A stretch of DNA of 64,000 bases from Trichoplax adhaerens (Eukaryota; Animalia; Placozoa), in NCBI RefSeq assembly GCF_000150275.1, contig NW_002060954.1, positions 1,240,001 to 1,304,000 on the forward strand, given 5' to 3'. The translations under genes and the position numbers were made by a program. The notes below the pieces were generated by a model. The model worked only from the letters and a program-made list of their open reading frames with translations. It was not told the origin of the DNA and searched no databases. This document shows positions 50,301-64,000 of the stretch, one piece after another. Positions within the stretch are counted from its first letter, which is position 1. Each line of letters begins with the position of its first letter.

Positions 50301-53300
50301 ATTAAATTGGGTATGATCAATTATCTGCATGTACATTATACAGTATGTCTATTCGTATATCAATATGCAGCATAAAATTTGATTTACGGTTATCTCATCT
50401 ATCATACTATAATGTTTGTAATTGGTTTATATTTAGACTAAATGATCGAATAAATTAATGTCTAGATAACTTCAACATAAAAATTTAGAATAGTCCATAA
50501 CTTATTTCCATGGTTGATAATAGTTCATTTCAAATTCGAATATTAAGGATTTTAAAGGTTCTTAAGCATTTATTGCATTTCTTGCTTGTATTTTAATATA
50601 TAGAATTGAAATATTCTACTAGTTTAATGTTAAAAAATTTCTCATAAATTAATTAGTGTGTGTAGCATCTTTACCTATCTATGTTCTGAATTAGCTTTAA
50701 AACTATTCAACTTGTTCTCCGACTTACGAAGTGGATTTGATAGATTACAAATAGACGTAGCGTAGTTAATTTGCACTCCGTTTAAGAAAAGCTACAAGTA
50801 TAACCATATCACTTAAAGAATCATAGTAATTATTAGGGTACTCGTCATAAAAGATTATACCCTCTCCATATGTGATCCATATTTAAAATTTCTTCTTACT
50901 TGTAGCTTATCAATTTACTGCCACTGTGGATGATCAGAATTGGTATCATGTAGTTAACGTGTAATTTTTAATCAATAGGTATGTAAATATTTATTTTCGC
51001 TAATAATGTAACGATTAACCCACTAGGATATAAAATTGCTGATACTAATACGTACATGCAGTAACAACTATACATAAATCAATTTTGTCATATTCTTCTC
51101 ATCGTAAAATATAATTAATTAAGATGGAATTTAATATAATTAAAATTTCGGCAATTTTACGTTCCTAAACATAAACTTTCAAATAGTCTCGCAAGTTTAC
51201 CTCAATTATCGAATTTGTATCAAGAATGGAAACATATTGTACGTTAATATTTACGATAGTTAGTAAAGTAACTGTAATTTAAAATTTTGTTATAAGTGAC
51301 GAGCCGCCAGCAAGGCGACAAGATATAGGACTAGTTTGTTTAAATATTTTTGCTTATCATATTACATTACACCAACAATGCAGAACGATGGGAGGTTCTA
51401 ATTAATTTTATTTACGTTAGATATCAACTTTAATTTAAATTAGCGGATAGATTTTAAAGAGATCAAATACCTGATATAAAAATAAAATTAAATATAGTAC
51501 CCGGTAGTAATTTTATAGAACATTAGAAACGAAGTGATTTAAACTTGCTTTAAGAGTTCTGATATACTCTACAAGCAAACACAGAAAGTACTAACATAAC
51601 ATAGAATTGAATTTTCGGCATACGATCAAGTATACGTATTTGCTGCATATAGCTATAAGCCCTCCATATAGAGGCTAATAACACTTAATGACCTAGTGAA
51701 TGTTTGTGCCTTTGCATTACGCATCCGATTTTAGTAAACTAAATTATATATCCGTTACTGGCAGATTCAGCAATCGTTGAGTATTTGTACGTGATAATAC
51801 ACATTTTATAGATTACTAATTGGATTCTGAGTAGATACTAGTAAGTTTTGTTGAGCATTCTAACTTGTATTCGTCTACATGATGCAGGTCGTTTACATAA
51901 TCAGCCGTTTTTCAAAAATATCATGCTATAGTTACAATTAATTTTGTTTCTAAATAAGTAAAGCACAGTTTTAGGAATATACTAGTTGAAATGGTCTGTG
52001 CAATCTTGGCCGATTTTGGATAGTTTAAGTAGGTGTAGTGATTTTAGCAAATTGCGGTGGTTATGCGTTTTATAAGTGTGATAGTGGTATAAAGTGAAAG
52101 AAAATGTGAGATAGAGTGGTCCGTTGTGCCTAATAAAGCAATTGTGAACTAGAGCTGGGCTAATACCCAATCATTCCGGTAGATAATACGAAATATACTC
52201 TAGCTGAATGGTTATCCAGCGGCACTTCCTCAAACGAATAGGCGAGCTAATTCAAGAAATAAAGTTTTTATAGTCTCCGTTTGATAAATTATATTTTCAT
52301 TATGAGCATAAAATTAATTTCTTTAATTGATACCCTTTCATTTTAATTAATATTAATAAAACAAATAACTATAGGTTTAATAAGCAAATCGATAAAGATA
52401 CAGTACATTATTGCTCGTTTAGCTAATTAAAGTATACTCAAAGGTTGATTATCACTGGTGAGCGTGTAGCTACCGTAATAGTTTGATGTCACAGCGAGAT
52501 TAATATTCTTAATATCTTCGGATAGCCTTTTAAAGTTTTTACACATACAGGAATTAATTTCCAACATCCTGTTTCACAATTAAAGTCGATTTATCAAGTA
52601 TTGTTGCAGTCATAGTCGAATATATACGCACTGTAGCTGTTTTAACAAGCTATTCTGTAGCTTAATATCAATGCAATTACATAGTAAAATGTCAATAAAG
52701 TTATGGGACCTGATGGATAAAATTAATCTTTAATCAGCATGTATTCTTTCAATTCATTTACGCGTATGCCCAATCATCTCCTCGTTAATGTCCGTATTGG
52801 CTTCATTTTGTAAATGATTAGTTATAGTAACAAATAGCTTGATAGACGATATATGTAGTTTATAGAAGCGTGATGTATTATTATAATAGTACGTGTTTCA
52901 ACCCATGCACCGTACTATCCCACTACTTTGAAGCAAGAAAGAAATCAAATTTGTATCTTCCATAGCTTTACTCTTATAATGATTGCTATAAAATGTACCA
53001 TAATCAACTTCAGGTCGATGATGTCGTTATGAACAGAGTTTTGCAACCATTGAGGCAATTCTATGGACAATTTTTACAGCGTTTAATGTTATAAAGCCTT
53101 TACGGACGTATTATTATTCAAGATATCTTCCTGTATACGAGCATTAATAGAAAATCTCAACTGATATTCATGTACACGTACCTTGCTTTAAAATTGTTTG
53201 TACACATCGTCTTCTCTACTGCGATGTAGCTACCAGTATTTACAGTAGCCTATCACATCGAACAACTAAGCTAGTAGCTGACATTTACGGTAATAAATCT

Positions 53301-56300
53301 TGTATTCGTCTTTCAACAAATTAAACTGTCCTCATATTACCTATTAATGGATCAATAGGATAGCGAAACTTTTATTCGATATTCAATGAAATTAGAAGTA
53401 TAATAAATAATTTAAAGTGTAGACATGGCTTTTTTATTCAACGGTTTTAACCTGGTAAAGTGTTATCATAAATTGGCCTGTATAAAGTATCACAGATTGA
53501 ATTAGTAGTTGGGAAATCTAAAATATCAAGAGACTTAAACTTTTCCCACCCTTCTAGCTATACCTCTGAATGGATGATTACGAGAAAGGAAATTGCTATT
53601 CATGATGTCAATAAATCTGTAACATAAACACCTTCAAGAGGTGTAACTTAGTTGTTGTTGCATTGGTGCAACATCGATGAAATTAAAAATGAAATGCGTC
53701 AGTAATCGTATAGTATGTAATTTTAAATTCATTACAGAAAACCAGTAATAAAGATTATCATAGCTAACATGATTTGCATTATAAACGTAAGAATAATGAT
53801 ATTAGTGGTTAACGAGAACATAAAAGTTAAGCTATTATCGTACCTTAAGAATCGGTTAAGATTTTGGACAAGAATCGATAGCATTTTCTCAATTTCAATG
53901 ATCCCATCTAGTTGATTAAACTAAAGTTGTTAAACCTGTGTCTTCTTGGAAAACTAACATTTTTTAAATAAGATTAAAAAGAATGAATCAATCAAACGGA
54001 AAGGCCAGATATGAAACTTTACTCTATCTATCTATCTCTTAATTGTATCACTCATCATCTTGAATGGAATCATACATAATTTAAAGATAAGATCTACCAT
54101 AGCAAGAATTTATAAAATGATACCTAGAGGTGTTAGATTAGCATAGTAACATCTAAAAATAACTCAATTTTGTACTCTACCTTGAATGATCTTAGGTAGG
54201 AAAAAATCACTAAACTTAGTGACTAATTTAAAAAGGAAAACGATTTTAAGTGAATTTGAAAATAATATCGAGAGATTAATGAAACATAATGTGTCAAGAA
54301 GGCGACGCATCATCAATTACGACAATAAATTAGTCTGATAAAAATAAAAGAAGAAATTAGAATTAAATTGTAAAGAAAAGTAAGTCAGTTAAATGATGAC
54401 TTATATGGCACCAATTGAAGAAAATCAGTTGATTATCTCATCAATGCCATCAAATAATATTCATTCCAATTACAATTGAGACGGACAAATAGTTGATTGT
54501 GTTTTTCGTTGATTGTTGTAACAATAAGTCAAAACCAGACTACGATATATTAAAATGTCAGTATAGGGTAGAGAGAAATGAAAACTTAGACTGACCGCTT
54601 AGTTGAATGAAATATTAGCAATGTAGCGATTCAATATTAAATAGAAATTAGAATAACGATTATATCAGTAATGATATATTAAAATTGTACTGAGCTTAGA
54701 CATTTTTACTACTCTGTCGCTTAGAATAAGCCGTAGATGAATAAACGATCCGAGGCACTAAATAGGAAACAGACATCGACTCTACGTTGTTCTGTCACTT
54801 TTATTCGAATTGATCACTAATTCAATCATAAATTTACTATTAAAATCCAGACAGCTAGAACTTCTGGAATCAGTTTAATTTTTTTAATGTATTAGAATTA
54901 ATTTTTCCGTTTAAATTCATATTACCTTACTATGTGACAGTTTTCTTATTACACTTTTCCAATCTGTTGCCTTGATGGTTGGGGGTTGTTCGCACTAGAC
55001 ACTGAAACTACCGTCTATGGAAAATGATTTATTAATCTTTTATTCTTAAAAGTCCCGTGTCAGTAAGTAGAAATCCTTGTTACCTTGTATAGCTCTTATC
55101 TTTTTTTATGCGATTTCTGTGATCCATAAATACATCTTATTTTAAAAGAATCTTATTAATCAACTTAATTGAATTAAATTATTATAAATTGATTGACAAT
55201 AAAATGGACAGGACTTATTTCAAAGTAGGCAGTATTATCAATCATGCTATTATTATTATAAAAGACTGTCGCTTTCATTAATTGATATTTGAATTCAAAT
55301 AACTTATAGATTTGATTGTCGTGATGGTTTGTTGCAAGTTATCATTTCAATGACTTCAATTATATCAAGTTAAATACTAAGTCAAAATGCAGAGTCTATA
55401 AAATAATCTCAGTACAACAGTTATTTTTCAACTATTGAAACATGTTTCTAGAATAGATTTTAAGTCACTTATTGATAATAGAATTAGAAAAAAATGTGTC
55501 AGACAGAGAGAAAGAGAGAATAGTCGGCAAGATGGGAAAAATTCATTTATTGTTGGTCTAAGCCTTAATATGCAGCCTATTGAAATAAGACCCTAGCTAA
55601 TCATACATATTGTAAAATAGCGACTATGCCATTGATCTCATAGAACGGGTAGTGTAAATAGCCAAAGATGTTGCAAATTATCCCTTACTCAATCATGACG
55701 TTAATGCTATTAGGCCATTACAAAACATGAGAGATAATAACTAGAATGCGGTCATTTCCGATAGAAATTGATTTGTAATAGGTGTAACTTAAATCTTGCT
55801 CGGTTCTCTTCATATTCTCCTTCTTTCAATTTTTTATGTGTTGAATAATATTTGATCAAATGATCACTGTATTTTGTCAATCCTAAATAAGGAAAGTTAC
55901 ATGAATAAGATCACGGCCTATGATCGTCTCCAGACTCTATGCTATACTTATTTAGCAACTTCACATCGAATTAAAACAATGCTAATTAGAAATTAAATAG
56001 ATAAAAACAAATAGTAATGCTTGTCATAATGTATAATATTTATCTTGTATAGATTAAAATAGTTATCCAACTTTTTATTTTCCCCTTAGACTGTATATTA
56101 CTGTATCTTATCTTTACTATATACTATATAAAAGTTTGAAACCTCATTTTACTACACGATTCTATTACATAATAAAATCAGCAAGAAACATCCGCTAGCA
56201 CTATGGTTTCTACTTATTTTATGTCAAATCATTATCTTTTTATTGACTATTGTGTTGATCTCCTATAGAGTAACAGTTTAGCAAGGCAATAGAAGATAGA

Positions 56301-59300
56301 TAATAACAACAGCATTGCCGTGATCAATGACAAAGTGGCTATAAACTATGATGACAATGATAAATGAATTATTGATCGACATAAAAGATATAATCAATTT
56401 AGCATGATGACAATTGCCTTAAAGAATGTTGAACTATTTTGATAGAAATCCTAGAAACGTACATATCAAGATCATGGAATCATTTGTACCATCGACTCTT
56501 AATTCGTATTTGATATATTCTGAAATGGAATGATCGTAGTAAATTCAATTACCTTTCAGACACATCGATAGTTTAATGTATCCTGTATGCCCGTTGTAAG
56601 TATTGTAAATTGCCTTCATGATACGGCCTAATTGTATGCCCTACACTCTGCTGAGCCTCAGCAAACATTCACTTTTGCGATTAATTCTTTTTGGTAGAAT
56701 AAAAAACGTATTGATCATGTCAATTCACAGTATAATTAACCTCTGATGGTATCAGGAAATAGTATATACTATGGTACTCATTATGAATTTAAAATCAAAC
56801 ATGACAGGATCGAGAATTTTACTAATTGCTAAACATTTACGATATTGTTACAGTAATTAACGCCGATACAGCCGATATGAGCATTAAATCTGAATCAGTA
56901 ATGTTATTTACGAATTACGAAAGCTTAGCAATATAACTAATCGTATATAAATCGTGAATTTTGCTGTAATAAGTAGATTGTCAGATAGTCAGATAGTCCT
57001 TGGTAGTTAGACAAACCTAACTTCTGTAATAAAGTGAAATTTGCAAGAAACTGTAGTTCTTGATTTATTGTTTTGAAGATCACTTTATCACAACTGTATA
57101 CAGGCATGTGCATTAATTCGGATAAGATAGAAAAGGATTTCTATATTAAATTGAACTAAAAGAGTACCACAAGATACAAGATTTCGAGATAATTGATATC
57201 AGAGCGTGTTTAACTAATTTATTTCAAATATCTGCAGTATTCTACGTCTAAACAACCACGATCTATTGCCTAAAGTTAATCTTCTACGGAGAGTCTATTG
57301 GAAGCTGATTAAGAATTTAGGAAATGTCCACATTACATTACTTTTTTGCATATTTTTACCTACTGATAGTGTACATATAGTATAACAAGTAACCTTGTCT
57401 GTGTTCATTTAAAGAATATTTTACATAGGTAGTAGAGTACCTGGTCAGCTACCCGAATACAATTTAGTGTTTCAAATATAAATTTTAGGCTAAAGAGCAG
57501 TGGTGACGAGAGGAGTTTGTGAGCAGTTTTGAGCTATGTAGAACACAAATTGCTGAAAAAAGAAAATATTAGGTTGTTTACTCGCCATTTTAGCTCGTCT
57601 TAACCTTTAATCCGTGTCACATACATTCTCTTTGGTAGATATAATTTGAAAACAGAGTATGTTTATATATAGGACGTCAAGCGTTATTTATTGTGGTTGG
57701 TAAAATGAATGCAAACCTTATAACAGTAAGGAACGATCGTAATGTCATAGGTAGCTCCTTTAATTTATTGCCAAGCTTTTTGAAATTTATACCCAATATT
57801 AAGCGTTCTAGTATCAAACAGTTATGAAATAAGCGATACTCTAGATGTATAAGATATTACGTATAGCAAATATCAAACTCAGTCGATATCTGTTACCAAA
57901 AGCTAAAAATCTCTCAAACAGCGAAATTAAGTAGGGGAGATTTGACTGTAATTAAACTAAATTTTAAGTTCTTATTGAAGTTTATAGCATTTTGCTATAA
58001 AGATACTCTATAAACCCATCTTAAAATAAGAAAGTTCCATGATTTTAACTCCTTTAAATTAATATCGAATCAAAGTTCTTGTAGAGTCCAATATACTTAA
58101 CGCATCAAGTGTATGTTGTCAGTTTCTTTCATGCATAACATCAATTTAATTCTTAATAATATCAAGCGTTTATAATTATCAATAATTAAATGAAACTAAT
58201 TATTTGTCCATAGAATAATCATTTCTGCTTCTAAATGATGATTGTACACCACTCTATGTCTGCTTTATTGTCGTACAACAATAGTATTGTCCAGATTAGA
58301 CATTGTACTATAATCATCGTGTCTCCTTTACCCTCGATAAATAGCTTTGTCTTGATGATAGACTAGACCATAGTTCGTCCAACTTGTTACATTATATCGA
58401 ACTATGGCTAACTAACTTAATATTGGTCAGGTAGGTAAAGTTTACTTTTCGTACCGTATATGATTTTGATCCGTATTGAATGTTATTATTATTCGTATAG
58501 TCTTAAAATTACAAGGGAGAAGTTATTGCATTATGTGGATATCTGTAAACTTTCATATTCATTGCCTGCTTAAATGAGTGACGCATACCTGCTTAAGAAA
58601 TAATCTTTTATTTCGAGTTTATAACATTTTGGATAATTAAATTGGAATACGTATTAATTTTATAGATATCATCTATGTTTGTACCGATTGTTTCTTTAAA
58701 CTTTCATAATTAAACATTTATGCATAGCAAGGCTGATATGATATCTTTAACAGTTTTGGCAAGTTTAATTATTTACGATTGATTATAGTGAGGAATTTAA
58801 TGTACTGTAGTATAAATGAAATATATTTTTATAACAGCCTATACGAACAACATTGTATTTGTTTTGGATGAAAGGCGTCTGACGCTATAAAGCTATAAAA
58901 TAATCCCAATCGTCTAGTGACTGATATTGATAATAATATACTCATGTTAGCAATATAATGGCTATGGCTAGGGTCAATTTAGCTACAAGAACATTAAGCG
59001 ATCAACTATGTAACTGTAACTTAAAGATATCGCCTAAGAGCAAATACTAATTAAAATAACTCTTTTAAAAAAATGCAATATTTTATAATGCTGTCATTAA
59101 AGCAATACAATACTGGTACGCACTGTAAATATGGTGTGATTCCAGCAACTAATTTCTATTAATTAATCAATCTAAAGATTGCAATCAAGTTAATTCTCTA
59201 TACACAAGCGTATTATATGAATTGTTAATTTAAGATTTCTCCTTTATACTAGACTATACAAGTATATGTAGTATATGAGTGTGTATACCTAGATATAATT

Positions 59301-61481
59301 TTCGTACCCAAATAAATGGATTACTTCATATGAGGATGCTCCAAGTCACCCATCAAGAGTGTAATAAATTATTTGCATAGTGAGCTAGTAGTACGCGTAC
59401 TAAAATAATGACTTTCTTAGTTTATATTCTTTTTTGTTTGCTACCACCTTTTAGTTACTTCGTAAAATCCTTTGTGGGCCACGTCCACAATATTGCAATG
59501 CCTGAACGTATGCTACAAGCTTACAATTTTATCTAGTTATATCTCATTAATCGAAGCCTTAATTACACTCTTAATATTATTACCCACAGAAGACTTCAGT
59601 ATGGAAAATTTATATTCTACATAGTGTTACGGAATATTTCTCACATCCACATCAAGAGTTACTGAATGCTCACTGAATACTGCTTAATCTTGATAACCTA
59701 CATCTGCTTTACAGAACTGAACTTTGCAGACTTAATGCAGCTTCAGTGAATATTAATTTAAAAATGTTCTTCTGCTATTTATTCAATTGCAGTATCTAAA
59801 TAGCCTACCTTAGGTATTAGTATTCATACTTTCCTGTAAAATGTTGACTGAAAATGCATATACTGTATACGGTGAGATGGTGATTTTTTACTTGTTTTGT
59901 TCCAGCTAAGGAAACATAGTAGCAAGAATGGGCAGTAACTGGTACCATATGCCCTGAAGAATTACAAAATTAATCGTATTACTTTCACACATAGGCGGAT
60001 AACAAGTTTTGTATTTGCCAGGCCTTAATTGATTCATAAGTAAGAAGCTTCTTGGCAATAACGCTTTTAGTGCATTGAAAATGAATTTACTTTAACTAAA
60101 CTTTGAACGATGGCTGGCAAATGCAATACTTTCATGCTTTTAAATTCGCAAATGAAGGGAAATTCGATAATTTTTATTATAAAAATGATCTGTGTATCAT
60201 ATTTCATCTCTGTAGATGATGTTTAATGAAAGCATTTTAACCCTTAATGCAATCAATTATTGGAACAAACGTAGTACGGCACTCAGCGTTATATACTGTA
60301 ACCATCTAGTTTTAATGAATTACCAGTAATTGTCGTTTATGCTAATTTTGATATTCAGTGATTACTTTATTTCTTATCAATTTTTTAGCTAAAACTTCAA
60401 GTTATCAGTGTATTTCCTATTAATAATCAATTATTATACATTAACCATCCCATAGCATAGATGTTATAGACTGCGCGCCTTAACTTAACAATAATGCGTA
60501 TCTGTCTTGATTATTTAGTAACAACTGCCTAAATTACTATAAAGCGTTCTACTACTTCAGCACCATATTTCTTCATCGACTACTAAATAATGCCGGCAGA
60601 TTATAGTTATGAAAGAGCAGCTGTATACATTCCAGTACTTTGAGCTGGCTCTGCATACAGTAAGCTTATTTACAGTTGCTAATGCTGCATTCACTGTAAA
60701 TCCGAAGCCTTAGACTAAGCTCAGTAGTGAACATGCCATATCATAATACTGTATATATACAGTAATAATTTCGTGAAGAGTATCAATTATACGGTACAGT
60801 ATAGTGTAAATAATTATGAAAGATTAATTAGAGTTCTATATTGTTTCGACACAATTAATAATATGGTCTAAAGTCATATGTTCTAATTGTTACCATAGCA
60901 ACTGCTTTACAATCTTGCATTGATGCAGTAAGCTTTTAAGTAACTTTTCCTCACTTAGCTAATATAGGATCATTTTCAACCACTGTATAAGCAACATTTG
61001 AAGACTCTATGGTACAAATACTCCTAAATGATATTGGTACAGTGAATAGCGAAACATGATATCTCTTATCTATATAAACACAGATTTAATCTTTTAAGTT
61101 GACTGGTTCATTTTAATAGATCTAATACCGAAAACTTTTGCTATCTATAACTTGAAAATTCTGTTTGACTGTACACATATTTTAGGTATGGTAACTGTAA
61201 TTGATTTACATCGGTGAAGTTGCCGGGTGCATCATAGGTGTATTTATATACATTTTAATAGTATCTTAGTCTTATACTATTTTAATTAAATTGATCCAAA
61301 GACATTCATTATACGAAGAATTTGTGACTTAGTAGCTACGCCTAATGGAACATAAATCCAAGAATTGCTATATGAAATAACACTGAACATACATGAATAT
61401 AAGAAGGCGGTTTTAAAGTAGGACGAAAAGGTGTTCCAATTATTGTAACAACCCTAAATTTGGATTGATTTTATATGCAAG
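44379..61481. promoter_or_regulatory. ~17 kb gene-poor region between divergent Meis and WDR64; probable Meis 5' regulatory landscape
   Basis: No recognisable coding exons. An acceptor-like ttcag lies just before the Meis ATG, so upstream non-coding exons may be here. Confidence 0.45.
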
Positions 61482-64000
61482 ATGGCTTCAAGTCGTAGAA
61501 CTAGTGGACTGCGTAGACCATTTACCTATGGAACATTTCCTCTAGTTATAAATCAGTTTGAGCAATTAGTTCGAGAGTTTTCGTTATTGGATTCAGACTA
61601 TTCGCCAGATGAAATCAAGCAGATCAAAGTTAACAATGGTGAGTTTTTAATAGAACAAACTATACCTGTACCCTTGAATTATTTTTATCAATCGACAATG
61701 CTCTAATCAAGATTTTTCCAATAGTTATTTAATATCTGACTGTAGTAGTTGTTTTAATATCACTACTATATGTGAATAATTCATATAGAGGCTAAAAGAT
61801 TTGAAGAATTTAGTGAGGCCGTAAGAATCATTTTTGGTAGCGAAATTAGAACACAAAATTTGAAAGCAATATTTCGAAAAATTAATAATGAATCGAGCTA
61901 CAGCGTTGACTGGAGTGAGGTATTAATTTTACGAGCAAATTTTTTGTTAGATTTACTGGCGATTCACTTCTAAAAACAATTGAGTAGCACATAGAAAGGT
62001 TTAATTAAATTTCGTCTAACGATGTTATCAAGTATACAATTTATATATAGAAATTATTTTTAATATCTGAAAAATAAAAATACACTACTCTACAGCTATT
62101 TGGCTATGCAGCACATCCTGACCTCACTGAAGCACTCCAAAATGATGATAACATTTCAAATAATGTTTTTCTATTATCAAGACGAAGTACTGTCGGGGAA
62201 GCCGCAGGTATATACCGTATTTGTCAGTATGAGAAAAGAATGTAAGAGATATATCCTTTAGTTGCACTGGAGGGATTAAAATAGTCGTTTTCTAAGTTTT
62301 GAATTAACCTGTTGTATATTATCATTATTGGATTAGTATATTATCAGATACTTATCTCTAGTTATAACAATAGGTGATAAACGAAGACGCGATGGAGTAA
62401 AAAGGATCATGTATATAGCACATAACGATATTTTTGTAACTGCAACTGAAAAAGGGACATTATGTGTATGGAATTCAGATGTAAGTAGTGATATCAATGA
62501 GATTTTTTATGCGACATAGTTTTGATTCAATATCCATCTAACAACTTCCTTAACTTAATTTATCGTTACTAGATGGGTCTGACAACTTCATGCGATGTGC
62601 TCGTGAGTATTCGCAGTTATTGATATTATATATATATATATTATTTAGTGTGATAAGTAGATGTTCTGTAGATAGCAGGTAATAAATGTAGTTTTGGTCT
62701 ATTTCGTTCTTGGTAGGAGTCGGCTTGGGTAACAGATTGTTGTAATCTACCAAGTTTACGTAGAATAGCGGTAAGAGACAACGTTATTTTTTGGATATAA
62801 GATTACAGTATTGACTAACTTATGCTTAGATAGGGTATATTAACTTGATATCGAAATTGTATATTTTGTGTTATCTAAAGTACGGTAGATTTATACTAAT
62901 TATTACTCATTACTTTATAAGATTTGTTCTGAAAGATCAATTGCTCTGTGGGATCATCGAGCGAAGAGAAAACAGCAGGTAAGTTATTTTCATATCAAGA
63001 ATTTAATGATACTGTCTACTTTCTGCTACGGATTTTAATAATATCAAAAATGCTATAAAGAAAGCTGCCTACAGTGATAAATTGCTTAGACTATTGTTAT
63101 TACAATATCAATCGAATGAAAAGATGAAATAACCATAAATATTATCATTTTTACAGACTGTGGTACAAATCAGGCCGATTGAAAGATCACCAAGATGTGT
63201 CTCTCACTGTATCTTAGATGAATCAGAAATTCATGAAGATGTTCTAATATTCGGTGATGATCAAGGTATGAAGGGAGCTAAATCGCAACGGCATATACTC
63301 TTATTATTTAATTAATTAACGTTATTAATGTAACAGTATTAAGAAATTTGTAAATAAAATTATGCTTCAATAGGAATAAGTTAATTATAGAGATGACGAA
63401 TTACATTTCACATTACTCCTTTTAGGGTATGTTAATATGATGAGAATCTCCGCTAAAGATTTACACATGAAATCTTCCGAAAAAGGCGAAGCAAGTGTTG
63501 TTAGTGTGGAGCCTTCTAAGTTAACACAGTAAGATATATTTCCTGATTTTTAAAGTTTTAATTGAAAGGGATATTTGTATCCATTATTGTTTCTCAATAA
63601 AGTAGTAAAATAACTCAAGAAGCTAACATATCGGAGAACGCTTCTTATATTAATAAAATAGTTAACGGTTAAATTTAAAATATATCAACAAAATATGTCC
63701 ATGATAACATTAATTAAGCCGGAATATATCATGCGTCTATTGCATATTTGATACTGCTAAAATCACCTATGAACTTATTTCAGTAAAATTTTGAAGAGAA
63801 AGCTTCATGATGACTGGGTGTTAAAGGTATCATACAACACGTTGTCTTAATGCAATCTTAAAGACGGATTTCCTTCATTTATACTAACCTTCTTTAACTT
63901 TATTTGTGTTAATAGATTCGCTATTATACTCAGCTTAAAGCTTTTGTATCTTGTTCACCATGCAATCGACAATCTTTAGTTATAGTAGATCTGGAAGATA
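61482..64000 (+). CDS. WDR64: WD repeat protein 64-like, 5' partial (continues beyond the window)
   Basis: Exons 61482-61638, 61789-61919, 62096-62207, 62374-62480, 62573-62602, 62717-62770, 62922-62978, 63157-63265, 63426-63528, 63784-63826, 63916->64000 join in frame. Matches to remembered WDR64: INQFEQLV, IFGSEIRTQNLKAIFRKI..VDWSELFGY, RRRDGVKRI..VTATEKG, SAWVTDC, ERSIALWD, FGDDQGYVN, KRKLHDDWVLKIRYY. Confidence 0.82.

Noticed and set aside
26912-52170. Short ORF-track ORFs in Meis introns and upstream region (e.g. 26912, 33481, 34877, 35839, 38315, 40140, 45049, 48428, 50120, 51982)
   Set aside because: I/L/Y/F/K-rich composition typical of random AT-rich DNA; no motifs or coherent splice structure.
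1-64000. CRISPR arrays, rRNA, autonomous transposon or viral ORFs, prokaryotic operon features
   Set aside because: None seen; the sequence is intron-containing animal DNA with no long uninterrupted ORF.

Overview
AT-rich eukaryotic genomic DNA with spliceosomal introns. The compact short-intron genes, (ACAGT)n arrays and protein divergence suggest an early-branching animal, most likely a placozoan (Trichoplax-like); this is inference. The left 14 kb is a dense cluster: the possible 3' end of an unidentified gene, a steroid 5-alpha-reductase (SRD5A1/2-like, with a GC-AG intron), WDR92/DNAAF10, a mitoribosomal mL59/mL64 gene, an 11-exon CDIN1/C15orf41 nuclease gene missed by the ORF track (with a probable U12-type intron), and tRNA-Ala(CGC). 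From 15.9 to 44.4 kb lies a 9-exon Meis/homothorax TALE homeobox gene with kb-sized introns. It is followed by about 17 kb without a recognisable gene and the 5' part of a WDR64-like gene. Best leads: (1) tail-to-tail Meis-CDIN1 linkage, as in vertebrate MEIS2-CDIN1; (2) two 25-36 bp hairpin insertions with shared termini and perfect 8-bp target-site duplications; (3) ACAGT/ACTGT arrays concentrated at promoters of the compact genes; (4) an mL59 protein combining fungal/plant and CRIF1 features. Exon models were built by hand from splice signals, frame continuity and remembered protein families; no searches were run.
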